64,000 nucleotides of DNA from Iphione sp. A-MEVVRFRX5 (lineage: Eukaryota): the NCBI GenBank assembly GCA_976226885.1, contig OZ320316.1, positions 57,908,001 to 57,972,000 on the forward strand. Reading direction: 5' to 3'. Shown piece by piece: positions 40,901-53,513 of this stretch; position 1 is the stretch's first letter, and every line of letters begins with the position of its first letter. The notes under the pieces are model-generated. The model did no database searches. It saw only the letters and a program-made list of their open reading frames with translations, and was not told where the DNA came from. Both the position numbers and the translations under genes were made by a program.

Positions 40901-43789
40901 AGCCAAACTGACTTGAAGTTTTGGAGGAGGATCCTTTATCTGTATTCAAGTGTTAACCGGGCTTCTCTTTGTATGGCATAGACGTGTTTTTGTCCAATCT
41001 GCACAGGATGCAATTAGTAATTAAAATAATGGCTTTCGCTTTCCTAAACAGTTTTTTTTCTCATTTAACATCTAATCTCTTTCTTGTGCGAACTCGGCAG
41101 CGCCTGTAAAAAGCACTGCCATCCAAGGATGTCATCGGGAATCTCTGCCCGTATTTCAGGGGAATAATCTGCTTAAAGACGTTGTTTGTGATACTGCGCT
41201 GGTACATAGCATGGGTGTTGGCTGAACGCTTACTATCGAGTGGAGATGGGGAAGCGTGGTCCGAGGAAGTGACCCGGGAAGTGCCTCCGGTATCTTGTCT
41301 TGTAAAGATCAATAGGGGGATGCTGAAAATGGCTAACAAGGGCCTGTAACACAATCGAGGTTCTTGGTTACTTTATTGATTATACCAGGAAACATATACA
41401 TTGGGGCTTTTTCACAGCCAGATTGCATGGTTACTTCCTGGACGTACAGTAGTGCAGGACTTCTCCGCTTGAGGCAGTGTGTCCCACAGACTCGTTAGAC
41501 GTTCCACTTTATTATAATGGTGTACAGTTTGCAGGCGGTTATGACAGCATGATTTCGTTTATACTAGTCATCGTCCACCAGCCATTTATAATAATTACAA
41601 TGTTTAGCTCATAGCAGTGTTGCCGATATCGTGTAATTACATTCCCATTTCCATGTTAATACACTACACTTTTGGATGGGGTTAAATTCCCATTCATAGC
41701 TAGGTACCTACCAACTGCAGGTGAAAATATGCACCTACATGCGTTTGTGTTAACTGTTGAGGCAGGGACAGAGAACATAGGGAGACACATTGTCCATCGT
41801 CGTCACTGCTGTCTGAGAGAGGCAAACCGGCCTCGTAAATAAATAAGTTCACATCAACTGGCTCTCAGTCTTGTCATTTCCATTATGCATAACACATGGT
41901 AACATGGCGGCTTCCACGGAACGAACGGTAATGAACAAATCTAAATGTTACAGAGGAAGCCGACAGCCGGTTATTCAGCCAACGGTGAACTGTCAAACAC
42001 CTCTGTGGCGGACAAATAAAGCAGGACAGAGGTCAACCAGACAGTGAGCAATGCACAATGCCAATCAAATTTGAAACCATGATCTGCATGCCATGATGTA
42101 CTTGAAAGCATGTATGCATGCGGATCTAACTATGCCCTGAAGGTGGTATCCTACCTCCATTCTTCAACCCAGCTCTCGAGTTATGGCCAACCAAATCGTG
42201 GCTCAGGTAGTAAGCGATAACTTACTGGGTCTGCGTGTCCAACTGAGTGTTGATAAAAGAACAATCGAAAAACGAAGTGACACTTCCCATCTATATGTAT
42301 GTAGGCATTACAAGGGTTTTCCTCTTGTTTGTTTGTTTGTTGGTTGGTTGTTTGAGAGAATGATAGAGAGAATAAAAGGGTCCTAAAACTCGGTGCTGAT
42401 GCTAAATCGCTAGAAATTATTTGCAAACCTTTGTATTTATGTATCCGTTGTGCAAATCATACTGAAAGACCCTCTTGCTAGTTCCATTATTCATTCTATT
42501 GCAATAACCTTTTCTTATTAATCAAAATAATAAACTCATAAAATTATTTTACTCGCTGTCTCCGGCCTTTTACAACTGCTGAGGCATTCAAGGTACTAAT
42601 TTGTAGAAATGAAAACGATATATTAAAATCGAGTCCTCGACAAGGACAAGCTTAGCGTGGTTTATATTAGGTCATATTTCGACATTCGTATCAAAGCAAG
42701 CTGATCGAAGTAAGCAAATGAATTCCGCATATTTATTGCTTGATTTATCGCCATATTATAAACCGCTGCACATACATGTAGCTTAATGCGGGTTGAAACT
42801 GTGTTACATACGATTTATATATCTGCTGTTTTACTTATTCAATTAATTTGAGCTTCAGGCAATGTTCAGTCTGTCGAACATGGCAAATGTAATGCTGAAG
42901 CCAGGTACTGCCTCGGAAACTCTGTGATCCCTGCCCATGAATAAGAAAAATAGCCCTGACACAGATGTAGATCTCGCCACGCAATATTGTATTAAAATAT
43001 CAATTCTGGAAAGCCGTGTTTTACGCCAACGCAATTTTAGTAATAGTTTCTTAGCCATCACCGTCTAGCACAGACAATGAGCTATACATTCCAAGTAGCA
43101 AGTGTACCTTTGTTTGTTTGAGTATAGCGTAGGTATAGGTATGGATTGCGCAAATGTTATTTTTTTTATCCTATAATATCTCAAATATTCAAAGAATCAA
43201 TACAAAGACTCTATAGATATAATAATTACCACGCAACATCAGTGTGCACAATTTACAGTTTCTATTTGTATATTTTCTGAAGAAATCGATAAAAAATGTA
43301 AAGATTGGCTTGGACATCAAAGCAGTAAATTCCAATTTAAATCCCGCAATCCAGTATAATCATCACTATTTCATTAGATGATACGTGAAACAGCAAATAT
43401 CATATCCTTGAAATGGGACGGGCAGAAAGTAGCCTATGATAAACAATGATACGGTAACACATCAAACCAATAACATATCGAGCTATACGTATATGGTCAG
43501 AAAAAAAGATTTAGCAGGAAGAAAGGGAAGAACATTATCAATTCAGGTTTTATTTCCAATATAATAACAACCCTTTACAAATCATAAGAAGAGAATGCAA
43601 ACGCTTATCACGAATATGAACGGTATTAATACTGAGCACCTGTCTCCCCTCCAGTGTCACATAGGTGAGACATGGGCTTTTAGCTTCTTGGAAAGCCCAC
43701 GCTCCCCTACTGGTAGGTCCCTGACACGGCGCCTTCCCATGGGGGTCTTGCACTCGAGATTCCATCACAGCAGATTTGTTACTGCTTAC

Positions 43790-43830
43790 CTTGAAGAAGT
43801 GAGCAACTAAATCCAAACACGCCATTCTCT
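43790..43830 (-). other. Candidate 41-nt internal exon
   Basis: Strong acceptor (tgtcgtcttttcacag|) and strong donor (CAAG|gtaagc) on the - strand. Two of three frames are open (RMACLDLVAHFFK or ENGVFGFSCSLLQ). Confidence 0.3.
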
Positions 43831-46800
43831 CTGTGAAAAGACGACATTTCATTTCCTCCAACACCGGGACCGTATAATTTACTTAAGGCCTCGAACTTCT
43901 TCCTGCTACAGCATTGCTCCCGATCATAGGCTGCTTGTAGATACCCAAGGCGATTCATGAAAAGGCATGATTAAGGCTCCTTGACAGTTATAACACATGT
44001 GGCCCACTAGCCTCTTCCCTTCTGCTGTTTCCATGGCTTCTTCACCATTCTTCAATAGTACCGGAAGAATAGAGTAGACTATAGGAACAAGTCGGCGCCT
44101 CTCGAGTGGGCCCGCCGCGCCTGGCTACTTTGCTCAGATTTACATCACCCGGACCCGTGTGAATGGTTCTCGGGAGGCCGACGGGTGCTATTAGATGGAT
44201 AGATGCTGCCAGCAAGTCTCCGAGTCACGTAATGTAATTTGGCATAGAGGTGCTCACTTCTCTCTCCCCTCTACACCTCCGCCCGCTTAGAGCATTTCTG
44301 GCCTCGCGGTGTATAGCTTACATCCAATCGCATATTTCCACACAGGTTAAGGTGACTTTCCCTCTTGAATATTTATCCTGCTTTCATACACACTGTTCGT
44401 AGTTGTACAAGTTGGCCAACAGCAGGGAGTCAACACTATATGTAACATTATGGAACAAAACACTTTCTTGGGGAAAATTGAGGGCGTGAAAAAAGAGGCT
44501 GTAGAATGCCCATTTCTCTCTCTTTATTTATTTGATGGTGCCAGGAAATTACCTGCCTATGAAACAGCAATGATGAAGACAAATATTAGATTTGATTCAC
44601 TGCTTGCACCTCGCTTAATGGCAAGTCTCACGAAAGATAGGAATCGATACAGGTGGAAGCGTCGGTCGCGGCTGCTTGTTGGGCCTTGCGTGGTAGAACC
44701 TGATCAATGTGCTCATATTGAAGAACAAACACCGCTCCTTACGTCTGAACCAACTCACCGTGGACGCCTAGAGCAGGCTGTCGGTCTGGTATCGAAGGTC
44801 CAATGAGCTGGTCGTGTAGGAATTTCCCCACCTGCTTTGATACTTTCTTTTAATACAAAATTGATACCCTGCTAAGTATCCCTTGCCCTGTCGTATCATC
44901 CCCCTCGCCTGTCTAGTGGTGAGTGTCTTTACTCCCATCTCTTCTATCTTTAGATGAGTTTTAGCTCCAAAGACGACCGGGTGTACGTTGCTTTTTACTT
45001 TGCATGACCTCGCTAACGAAAAGAAACCGCCTGCAACATTGGCGGAGTGGCGTCTTATCCCCACGCCAGCAGACGTTGCCTCGCAAAGGGACCACCATTC
45101 TAATGTATCCTGACGTTGAATCAATGGCCCGACCAGTTCTATTCATATATCATATCATGGAGGGAAGGGCCCCTTTTAGCCCGTAAGGATTTCATCAATT
45201 CCGCAGCCCGTGTCGTGCTCTAGGGGACGGCCGGCGTTGGCAACACGGATCACACCGGCATCACTTGTCCCAGCCGCAAAGGCCGGCTCCTGTTCTGTTT
45301 ATTCTGCTTCAGTCTCTCCCTTTTTGCCCCCGCCCTTCCTTCCCATCCACTCAACTCTTCTTGTTCTTCTCATTGTTCTTGTTCTTCTTTAAAACTTCTT
45401 CCTACAAACGCCCCTTTCGCGTCCAGACACTTCCTGCAACTTTCTCTCGTGGCTGGTTTAGATGCGAGGTCAGCTGCCATGTTTTGAAGTTGGCCCCCTC
45501 TGTGCCCGACCCTGGCCAATCTCATTTGCCGGCATCTATGCGGGTACACGCCAGGGCGATCAGTGGCTCCGCCTCTTTATCACACTTCCACGCGACGCCA
45601 GCTCGTGACGCGTCATGTCAACCTATCTGCTGTTGGTACTGAAGCCGAGATGGTGAAAACTCTCAGCCACCCCTCGGAATGCAATATGACACAGCCTGTC
45701 TGTCCGATCTGTTCTTTTCTTTCCTGTGTGCCATTGAGGTTTATCTGTGCAATACGCGCACCTGCGGATACTGGACAGAGAGCATACCGATAGAGATTAG
45801 TATTAACCGCACATGCCTTAAATTTCATGTCCGTGTCAGAGTCTGTCAGGTGCAACAAAGAGCAGAACGTGCAAATGTCTCCTTGTACCTGTTTCTATCC
45901 CCAACAGACCTTCCCTTTCCCATTTGGACAGTATGATGCACGCTCAGCCGTCAGTCCGGTTCGCTAAGTATGCAATATTAAGTGACGGGCTGTAGAAAAA
46001 AGCCTGTCACTGGATTCATTTCACGGCGCCGCTATCTGGGCCCCTGCTGGTGTCGGTCTGCATCTGTCAAGACGTCTGACAGACTTCCTACATACGGGCG
46101 GGCGGCAGTGTGCGAATAAGCGGCGCCGTTACTGCACACCCGCGCCTATAATGGCTTGCATTTTACCAGGCGGCTGGCTCGTGGCACCGTTCGATGCCAG
46201 GAAATACGACCAGGGACCTGGCCGCTGTGGCGTGTAGAAGAAAAGAAACGCCCCGTCCGCCCATGAAGCTGCTGACACCTCTGTAATACAGGGAGCGAGT
46301 AGAATGTAGATTTCCATATGTAAAGCGAACGGCTCAACCCGCCTGTGCACACGGGCGTGAATTTCTACGAGTCGGTGTTAGTCGCCCGTGTTTTTCCCCA
46401 TCAATGCATAAACTGCGGTTGAAGGATCATCAACGTCTCTTCACCTGCCTCACTGAAATTCATCCAAAGCGCTTACCAAAAGCACATTTCCATTTAAAGC
46501 GTGTGCCTGCCTTTGCAAACTATTCCCCCACACCCCAAAAACAGACAACATAAAAAAGCACATCGGCCATTCTGCCCAGAAGAAGCTATCGTCTGAAGGC
46601 ACGTCTGTACACTTATCATCATATAATGATATAAAGATACTCCTCATGGCATTTTCCCATAGGCCTCTATGAATGTCAAGAAATAATTCATTTGACTTTC
46701 CTGGAATTAACATAAATGTCCACTTCATCTCCTTACCTCTTGAAATAAGAACATTAAGTGAAAATTACCTGCCATTATGTCCATCCATAACCATTAATTA

Positions 46801-47430
46801 ACTTCTTTCCTCTGCTCGACTGCAATAATATATTGGCTGCATGTAGCATTTCTAGAGGAGTAACGTTTAAGACAGATGCCTGTGACCATTAGATAGCTAA
46901 ATGCGCGTAAAAAACTGCATGGCAAGCAAGTATGCATAACGAGTTTTCGGCACAATATACATACCTGTATTCAGTATTCCATACATGTAATGGGAATATT
47001 TTGCACTATATAGATGGCATTTTGAAGGGAAAATTCAGAAGCTTAAAACTCTACTGGCATAATGAATCTTAATATTTGAACCGTTCTCGGTAAGACTACA
47101 TCAGGATCAATGTAGAGTGAAATCGAATACAATTACTGATCTCTGCTTATTATCAAGTATTTTCCTTTTTTATATCACTGTATTAATATTTCTTTTGTAC
47201 TTTTACAGTTCTTCACTGGTCCATTTTCCTTTCATCAGGTTTCAGACAAGGGCCTTTGAAAATATTTTTGTTGTGCTGGGTTTATTAGTGAAAGCCAAGC
47301 TTTTTCCCTTTTCCTTTTCTCTTTTGAATCCTAAGAAGCCTACACAATGCAATCCAAAAGGGAAAATAATCCCGTTTCATTTTGTTACAGATGAATGGTT
47401 GCATGGACAAATGGTGCCGGTAAAGACAAA

Positions 47431-47524
47431 ATGGAGGAATTTACGGTCACGTGTCTTATACTCTCCCTGCTCATCGGTTACACAGAAACACAGAGTTCCC
47501 GACTCATGTGCCGATTAAAATGTG
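47431..47524 (+). CDS. Candidate first coding exon of a secreted or surface protein (signal peptide MEEFTVTCLILSLLIGYTET-QSSRLMCRLKC)
   Basis: Exon 47391-47524 is bounded by acceptor gtttcattttgttacag| and donor TGTG|gtaagt (phase 1). The ATG at 47431 is in strong context (gacaaaATGG). The translation has n/h/c regions typical of a signal peptide. Confidence 0.4.
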
Positions 47525-48256
47525 GTAAGTGTACAAAACTATTAAGGTATGCTTTTTCACGCCCGACATTGTACATTTTAAATTTCATACATTAGGTTAT
47601 GAAATGCCAGTTCGTCGGGCAAGACTTATAGAGAAGTTTAATTTAATGTGGAAAAGACCGTCGACCCACATTCTTGCATTTTGGATCGCAGTGTAGTCAG
47701 TATTGTTCCGAGACATTTCACACCGAAACATCGCTGTATAGGTGGGACCTGACATATTTGCATCCTGTCCGTTTTCCATGTTTTTCTTTTTCCTTCACCT
47801 ATAGAGATGCACATGCATGACAACGCATGTTTTAAAAGTGTTTATTTGGCTCGACAATTGTGAAGTCAATATACGCGTTTTCGGCCTATCACTTAGTTGC
47901 CATATAGACCGTTTCCATCAATACAGGCTGTTTCATCAGCGGAGCAAAATGAAGTGCCTAATTAGAAGGAACCCATCTGGAATTTTACATGGAGTTTACA
48001 GTCTATCGTTGTCTGCTCTGATATTGCGTATTAATTGATAATTACGTAACAAATTGGATGCCACTGCACCTGAAAAGATGAAGCTATTTTTACCCAGCTT
48101 AAATAGTTTTTAGGAAGAAATACCTATCGCCATGTAAAATTCACTTAGTTTACAAAGATTCTTTTGCTAGACCACCATTTGTGAATCATCAGATGTAAGC
48201 ACAAGAAATGCGTATTTTTGCACTGCTCTAACATGAGGGGTTCTTACTGCTCTTAG

Positions 48257-48475
48257 GAGGGTGGCACTGACAGCACTGCTAGTGAATCCTCCGAATTAAG
48301 CAGGAAAGATGGCGCATTTATTATGATTAAGAAGGGCCTGCGCAATGGTAGTCTACACCAAGAGGCAACTGTTAGAGGCAATGGACTTGCCACGTGGGAC
48401 ACCATTCAGCTCAAAGAAACACTATCAGCGGACGATTTTTACTACCTGCACGACCTTTACAGGCACAACGGTTGA
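48257..48475 (+). other. Acceptor-led 72-codon open frame (EGGTDSTASESSELSRKDGAFIMIKKG...ADDFYYLHDLYRHNG*), candidate exon or decayed CDS
   Basis: The acceptor ttcttactgctcttag| directly precedes an uninterrupted phase-0 frame in a GC-richer island. It is absent from the ORF track because its first ATG is too late. No homolog recognised. Confidence 0.25.
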
Positions 48476-49524
48476 TGGCGACCTATTACCACCAAGGGAA
48501 TAGCCGCTAACCACCATTGCCTCGATCTCTGCCATGACATCGCATAATCGCCACCCCGCGCTCAGTCGGTCGTCAGGCAGTGAACAAAAGAAACGCCGTT
48601 TCCGATCGTTAGGAACACGAACGAACCCCAGATCGCAACGGACCGCTTCTGGCGAGTAATCCAATTTTTCTTTTATCTCTGAGTGTAAACAGAAAGCCAT
48701 AACACATGCGACCAGTTCATTGAATTAGTTATGAGACAAAATTGGCAAGATTTATGTTATCCGAGAAGATGAAAATATTGAGCTTCAGCCAACCATGTAC
48801 TCTGTCCTTTCTGGATCCTTACGCTGGTTAATGGCACTTGGCTTTGACAGGGTACGTATTGTGTTTTCAATAATCAACACCATGCATGCTTTGATTCACT
48901 GCAACATATTTTCACTAAACCGATGCATTTATTGCATGATCAACGGATAACTATAGTTTCTAAATGCTGTAAACCTGTTCTAAAACATATATTATGCACG
49001 ATATCGACCAAGAGATCGATTAAAACCCTGTTGGAGGCCTCATAAATGCTGCTGTCTGCGCTAAACATGCAACTACCCTAACGTCCGTTGTATGACGAAA
49101 TGGCATATGTCAACCACATGACAAAAATCAAGCGTACTATGTCCACTTTCCCAGACAGTGCAATTTGAAATGAGTATCGAGATGCAAATGCGGAAAGACA
49201 TAAGAGATACTTATACAAACCTTCCTTCATTTACTCGAACGCATACTTGCGACCGCATCTCTTTCCTACCAAAACCACCATTACGACTGTTTGAGCTTGG
49301 ATCCGAAATGATTGCCCATGTTAAGCTTTATATCAATGAACCAATTTCCGTGCAGACTGATAGGGTCATTTTTATTGTATTTTAATGTCGACTCGCGACC
49401 GTTTGACATCTCAGAAAGCCTCCTTAAACAGAGGTGGTAGCATGACCCCTATAAAACAGAACGTTTCAAGGTATATCCATTATCAACGGTGTCACCAAAA
49501 GTGGAAAGAAGCATTTTTATGGTG

Positions 49525-49640
49525 CTTACTCGTCAAATTCAGCAATTTTTGGACTTTAACTCTTCAAATTTAGTATATTTAGGGTGATTTTTCATCAAAT
49601 TCAGCATTTTTTTGGACTTCTGGAATTCGGTATATTAAGG
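49525..49640. repeat. Degenerate about 30-bp minisatellite related to 27555-27692
   Basis: The motifs cttactcgtcaaattcagca, tcttcaaatttagta and tcatcaaattcagca match the 27.6 kb array (cttactcgtcaaagtcagta, aaattcagcactttt). Confidence 0.65.
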
Positions 49641-52600
49641 ATATATATTTACTTGGTAGAGAGAGAGGGAGAAAGAAAGTTCACCCCCAAGCTTGACGCC
49701 ATGTACATATATTTATTAGGTATGTTTACTCGCTAGAGAGAGGGGGAGCAAGGGAAATTGATTTCTGATCGTTCTTGCTATTTTGACCATTTTGTGGTCA
49801 AAAAGAGGCGTTCAACCGTACATGCACTACACTTGATGCATGTTCACTTTTGGACTTGCATATTCCTACCCCACACTTCTACATATATATATTTACAGTC
49901 TTTACACACGTATATATACACATAATGATACAACTATCGTGTGACGTACTCAACGGTACTTTATTTTCGGCCTAAACATTTTACTTTGATGATCCTGAAG
50001 AGGAATGTTCGATTATTAACACTTTTAATAAATCTATGTTAACTGTAACAGCTTCATAATCCTATGCATGTACTCTCATCATATCAAAACTATCTTTTCA
50101 TTTAAACACCATTAGAATGTTTAAAAAGTGTTAGGAATCCATGGGCATATTGGTCCACTTATATGTATTAGTTCTATTAAAACATTAACGCATACAAAGA
50201 GAGAAAATAAGTATTTCAAACGCTTGTTTTTACAGCTATGGCCACTGAATATCTCAACATTTTCATTATGTGACTAAGAGAATTCTGAGTTGACGTTTTA
50301 TGTATATCTTCCTACGCTATATGTCCTTTTTATTTCTGAATGGATCAGATGCCATTTTTCTCCTTCACCTTGTCATTAGCAATGACATGAAAGGCTGTTT
50401 TTATAGTCCATGTACTTAGGAGGATATGATTCATGTTATAACACAGAATGGTTCTATCCTAATTCTCTTTGTCCATAAAAGACAAGCCAACTCGACATCG
50501 AATTCTTCCACAAATAATATGCCGTAGCGCTATTCAAAGCGACAGTAACTATCACGATCATCAGAGCGCGTTTATTTTGTGTGCAGTGAATCAGTTCTCT
50601 ACTTAGCATGTATTCATTGGCCGACCAACTTGAAAACCCACATGCTTTAGCAAATTGAATTTTCCGACTCGCTGGTGGTGCACATTGTCATTACATTTCT
50701 TTGCCGTCGGCCGGAACTCGTCATCCCTTTCTGACTCTGTCGCGAACCAGCCTGGTTAATAAATATAATTTCCTTGTGACTTCACTTTTTGGTCACGAAC
50801 GCATCTGCGAGTTTTTAGTTACACAAGTATTACGCTTTAATTTAAGGCAAAGCCATTTTAACTCAGTGTCTAAGAGCTCTGTTACTCATCCTAACGTTTT
50901 GCCGGCATTAACTGGCCATAGTCTGCCTTAATGTATCTCTATTTAAATTCTTTGGCATTAGACAAACTTGGCTCACTAAGTACGATTGATAGAGCAGTGC
51001 ATGTTTTTAACGTTTCCTATATTGTGTCGCTGGTGTCGTCATATGGAATCAGGGGCCAAAATTTCTTTTTGGTGGACCATGAAAGGTATTCATTAGCGTT
51101 ACAGTTGAGCACTAGCAGCCTCCTCGAAACTTTTCACATTACTTCAAAGGTAATACATGTACATGTATTCTGCTCTGTAGAATTTGAAAACCCACTGTTT
51201 TCTGAGTACATCTACTATATATACGATAATAACAGTATTTTAAAGAAGGGATATTACAGATGTAACGTTACTCCTTATTTAGTCGACATGTTCGTTTTGT
51301 AGTCTGAATTTGTACATAAATATGCTTTATATCTCCGTATTATGAACAAAGTGAACTACCCTCTTTCTCCTATAAGAAGCTCCTCGCAATGATTTTTCTA
51401 TGGGAATTCCATTGTTCTATAATACCAATGTCCATTTAAATTATGCTAGACCAATTCATGCCAAACCAACCAATATGATACACAGTTTAAAAAGGAAGCA
51501 GACTATGGATCTTACTTTTATTTATATACTGCATCCAGTTAATCAAGGTAGTTTAATAGTTGTATATTTTTAATTGATTAAAGATGTTAATCTCTGCCTT
51601 GTTTTGGTCTCAACTGTGAACTGTTTTACTGGGTCTAAATTGTAATTTGCTCTAAGTTATAGTGCAGCAGTTTGTCAAAAATAGTATATAAAGTGTTGAC
51701 AATTCTAATGCAAAATGAACACAGTGTACGAACAGACTCCGTGACGTCTTGGTGAGGTAATATTTGCCATTGGTTTCAAATCGTCCAGTGTTATGGCAGG
51801 TATGAGTTACCATTTGAAATGGTAGGACAGTTTTAAAATGCTGCTTTTCGCCACCCTTCAAAATGTGCAACTGCAGATATGTAAAGATAGGATGATCTTT
51901 GAAAACTGCTTGGCCACTCATCAAAATTACGCATTTTCCCTACTGAGAATACCGTCAAAAATGTCATTTTTCAGAAGTCTATTCAAAATGTCTGCCCCAA
52001 TTTTCGGAAAGGGTTACGCAAATTTTGACCAAGACAGATACTGAAACTATACTTCACTTTGTAAACATCAATTGCTTCTTAGATATATATGTATAAGAAT
52101 AAAGTTTGGAGAATAAAATCAGCCTGAATCCATAGGCTGTGTGCACTTGCCCTTCAAGGCTTCTGATTCATTACAAATCAGTGATGTAGGCATCTGGGAA
52201 CAAGTCCCACCAAAGTTCACATTTTAAAAACCTGCCATATCGGTTCACAGGGTAACTGGTGACCGCTTTATTAAAGTCAGCGTGGTACATGTCACTTACT
52301 TGACGAGTCCTTGGAATGTTTGCAATCAACGTTATTTCAGTAGGTAGGATGTTCATGGTGTATAGGCATACAATAATTACTTATCCGCTCTATTATGTCC
52401 CCCATCTTGGATTCAATCTACATGTATAAACAGAAAACAATGTCACTCGGACTAAATGAACGACATATATTTTCAATAAAATTGGCAAGGAAGTAAGTTT
52501 TGGCAAAAAATAATGATGTGGCGTAGAATAATGCAAGGGTGACTGACACAGGCGGTCAATGTTTAAAAATATCCAATTCGATCGTTTTGTATGTACATGT

Positions 52601-53327
52601 ACGACTTATTCTCCCCAGATCAACTAGAGTGAAAGACTGGCCACAGTTTTGGTAGCTTCAGGAAGGATGTCAGGCCAAATAGCTAAATTACCTATATAAA
52701 AAGTTGCCCGAAAGTAGTTCCGGCCATGGGTCAAGGTTTCATGAGTGTGAGACACTTTGCAAGTTGTCTTATGGCCTTATAGTTTCATATGTTTTACTTA
52801 CTATCTTATCAGTATAGGCAGAATGACATACGTTTTCTGCTATAAAAGACCATGCAAGAAGAAAATCTAAAAAATTAAGGCGCTTCTTTCCCAGCAGGTA
52901 CCATGTATCACAACACACCTAACCCTAACCTAGCCACCACCAAGCATCTGTCACCTTCTTGGATGGTAGTGCTAGTGGAGATTTTGCTGTTGGTGGAGGG
53001 AGAGGGACGGTCAGAGATGGAGGGGTGGGTCAAAGTACAGAGTGCACTAACAGCCCAGCAAGTGGAGGTGCCGAACAATATTTCTGGGAACTAAACGTTT
53101 CTCTCTATGTAGGAACTCATATATCCGAAATATTCAATTTCCAAATCCGAACACTGTTATTTGGTTAAAGATAGTTAAAATTATACTCCAAAACCGAATG
53201 CTCTGTATAAATCAAAGGGAAATGCACATTAAAATCAAAGTATACTCATTGACCTTGCCAACCAAGCGACAACATGGCGCAGAGTGACTAACAGAAGTTA
53301 TGTATTTGGTCATGTGAAAACTAGTCC

Positions 53328-53513
53328 CTAACAAAGCGTTTGGGGGTTATTAATTGTCTCAGGTGTTGGTAAAGGTGTGAGGGCGACCACTACTCCTTAC
53401 CAAAGCGTTTGGATGGTTATTCATTGTCTAAGGTGTTAGTACAGGTGTTAGGGTGACCACTTCTCTCTAACAAAGCATTTGAAGGGTTATTCATTGTCTG
53501 CAAGGTGTTAGTA
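53328..53513. repeat. Tandem repeat, about 69-70-bp unit x about 2.7
   Basis: caaagc.tttg...ggttatt.attgtct..aggtgtt.gta.aggtgt.aggg.gaccact recurs at about 53328, 53397 and 53467 (the last is partial). Confidence 0.93.
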
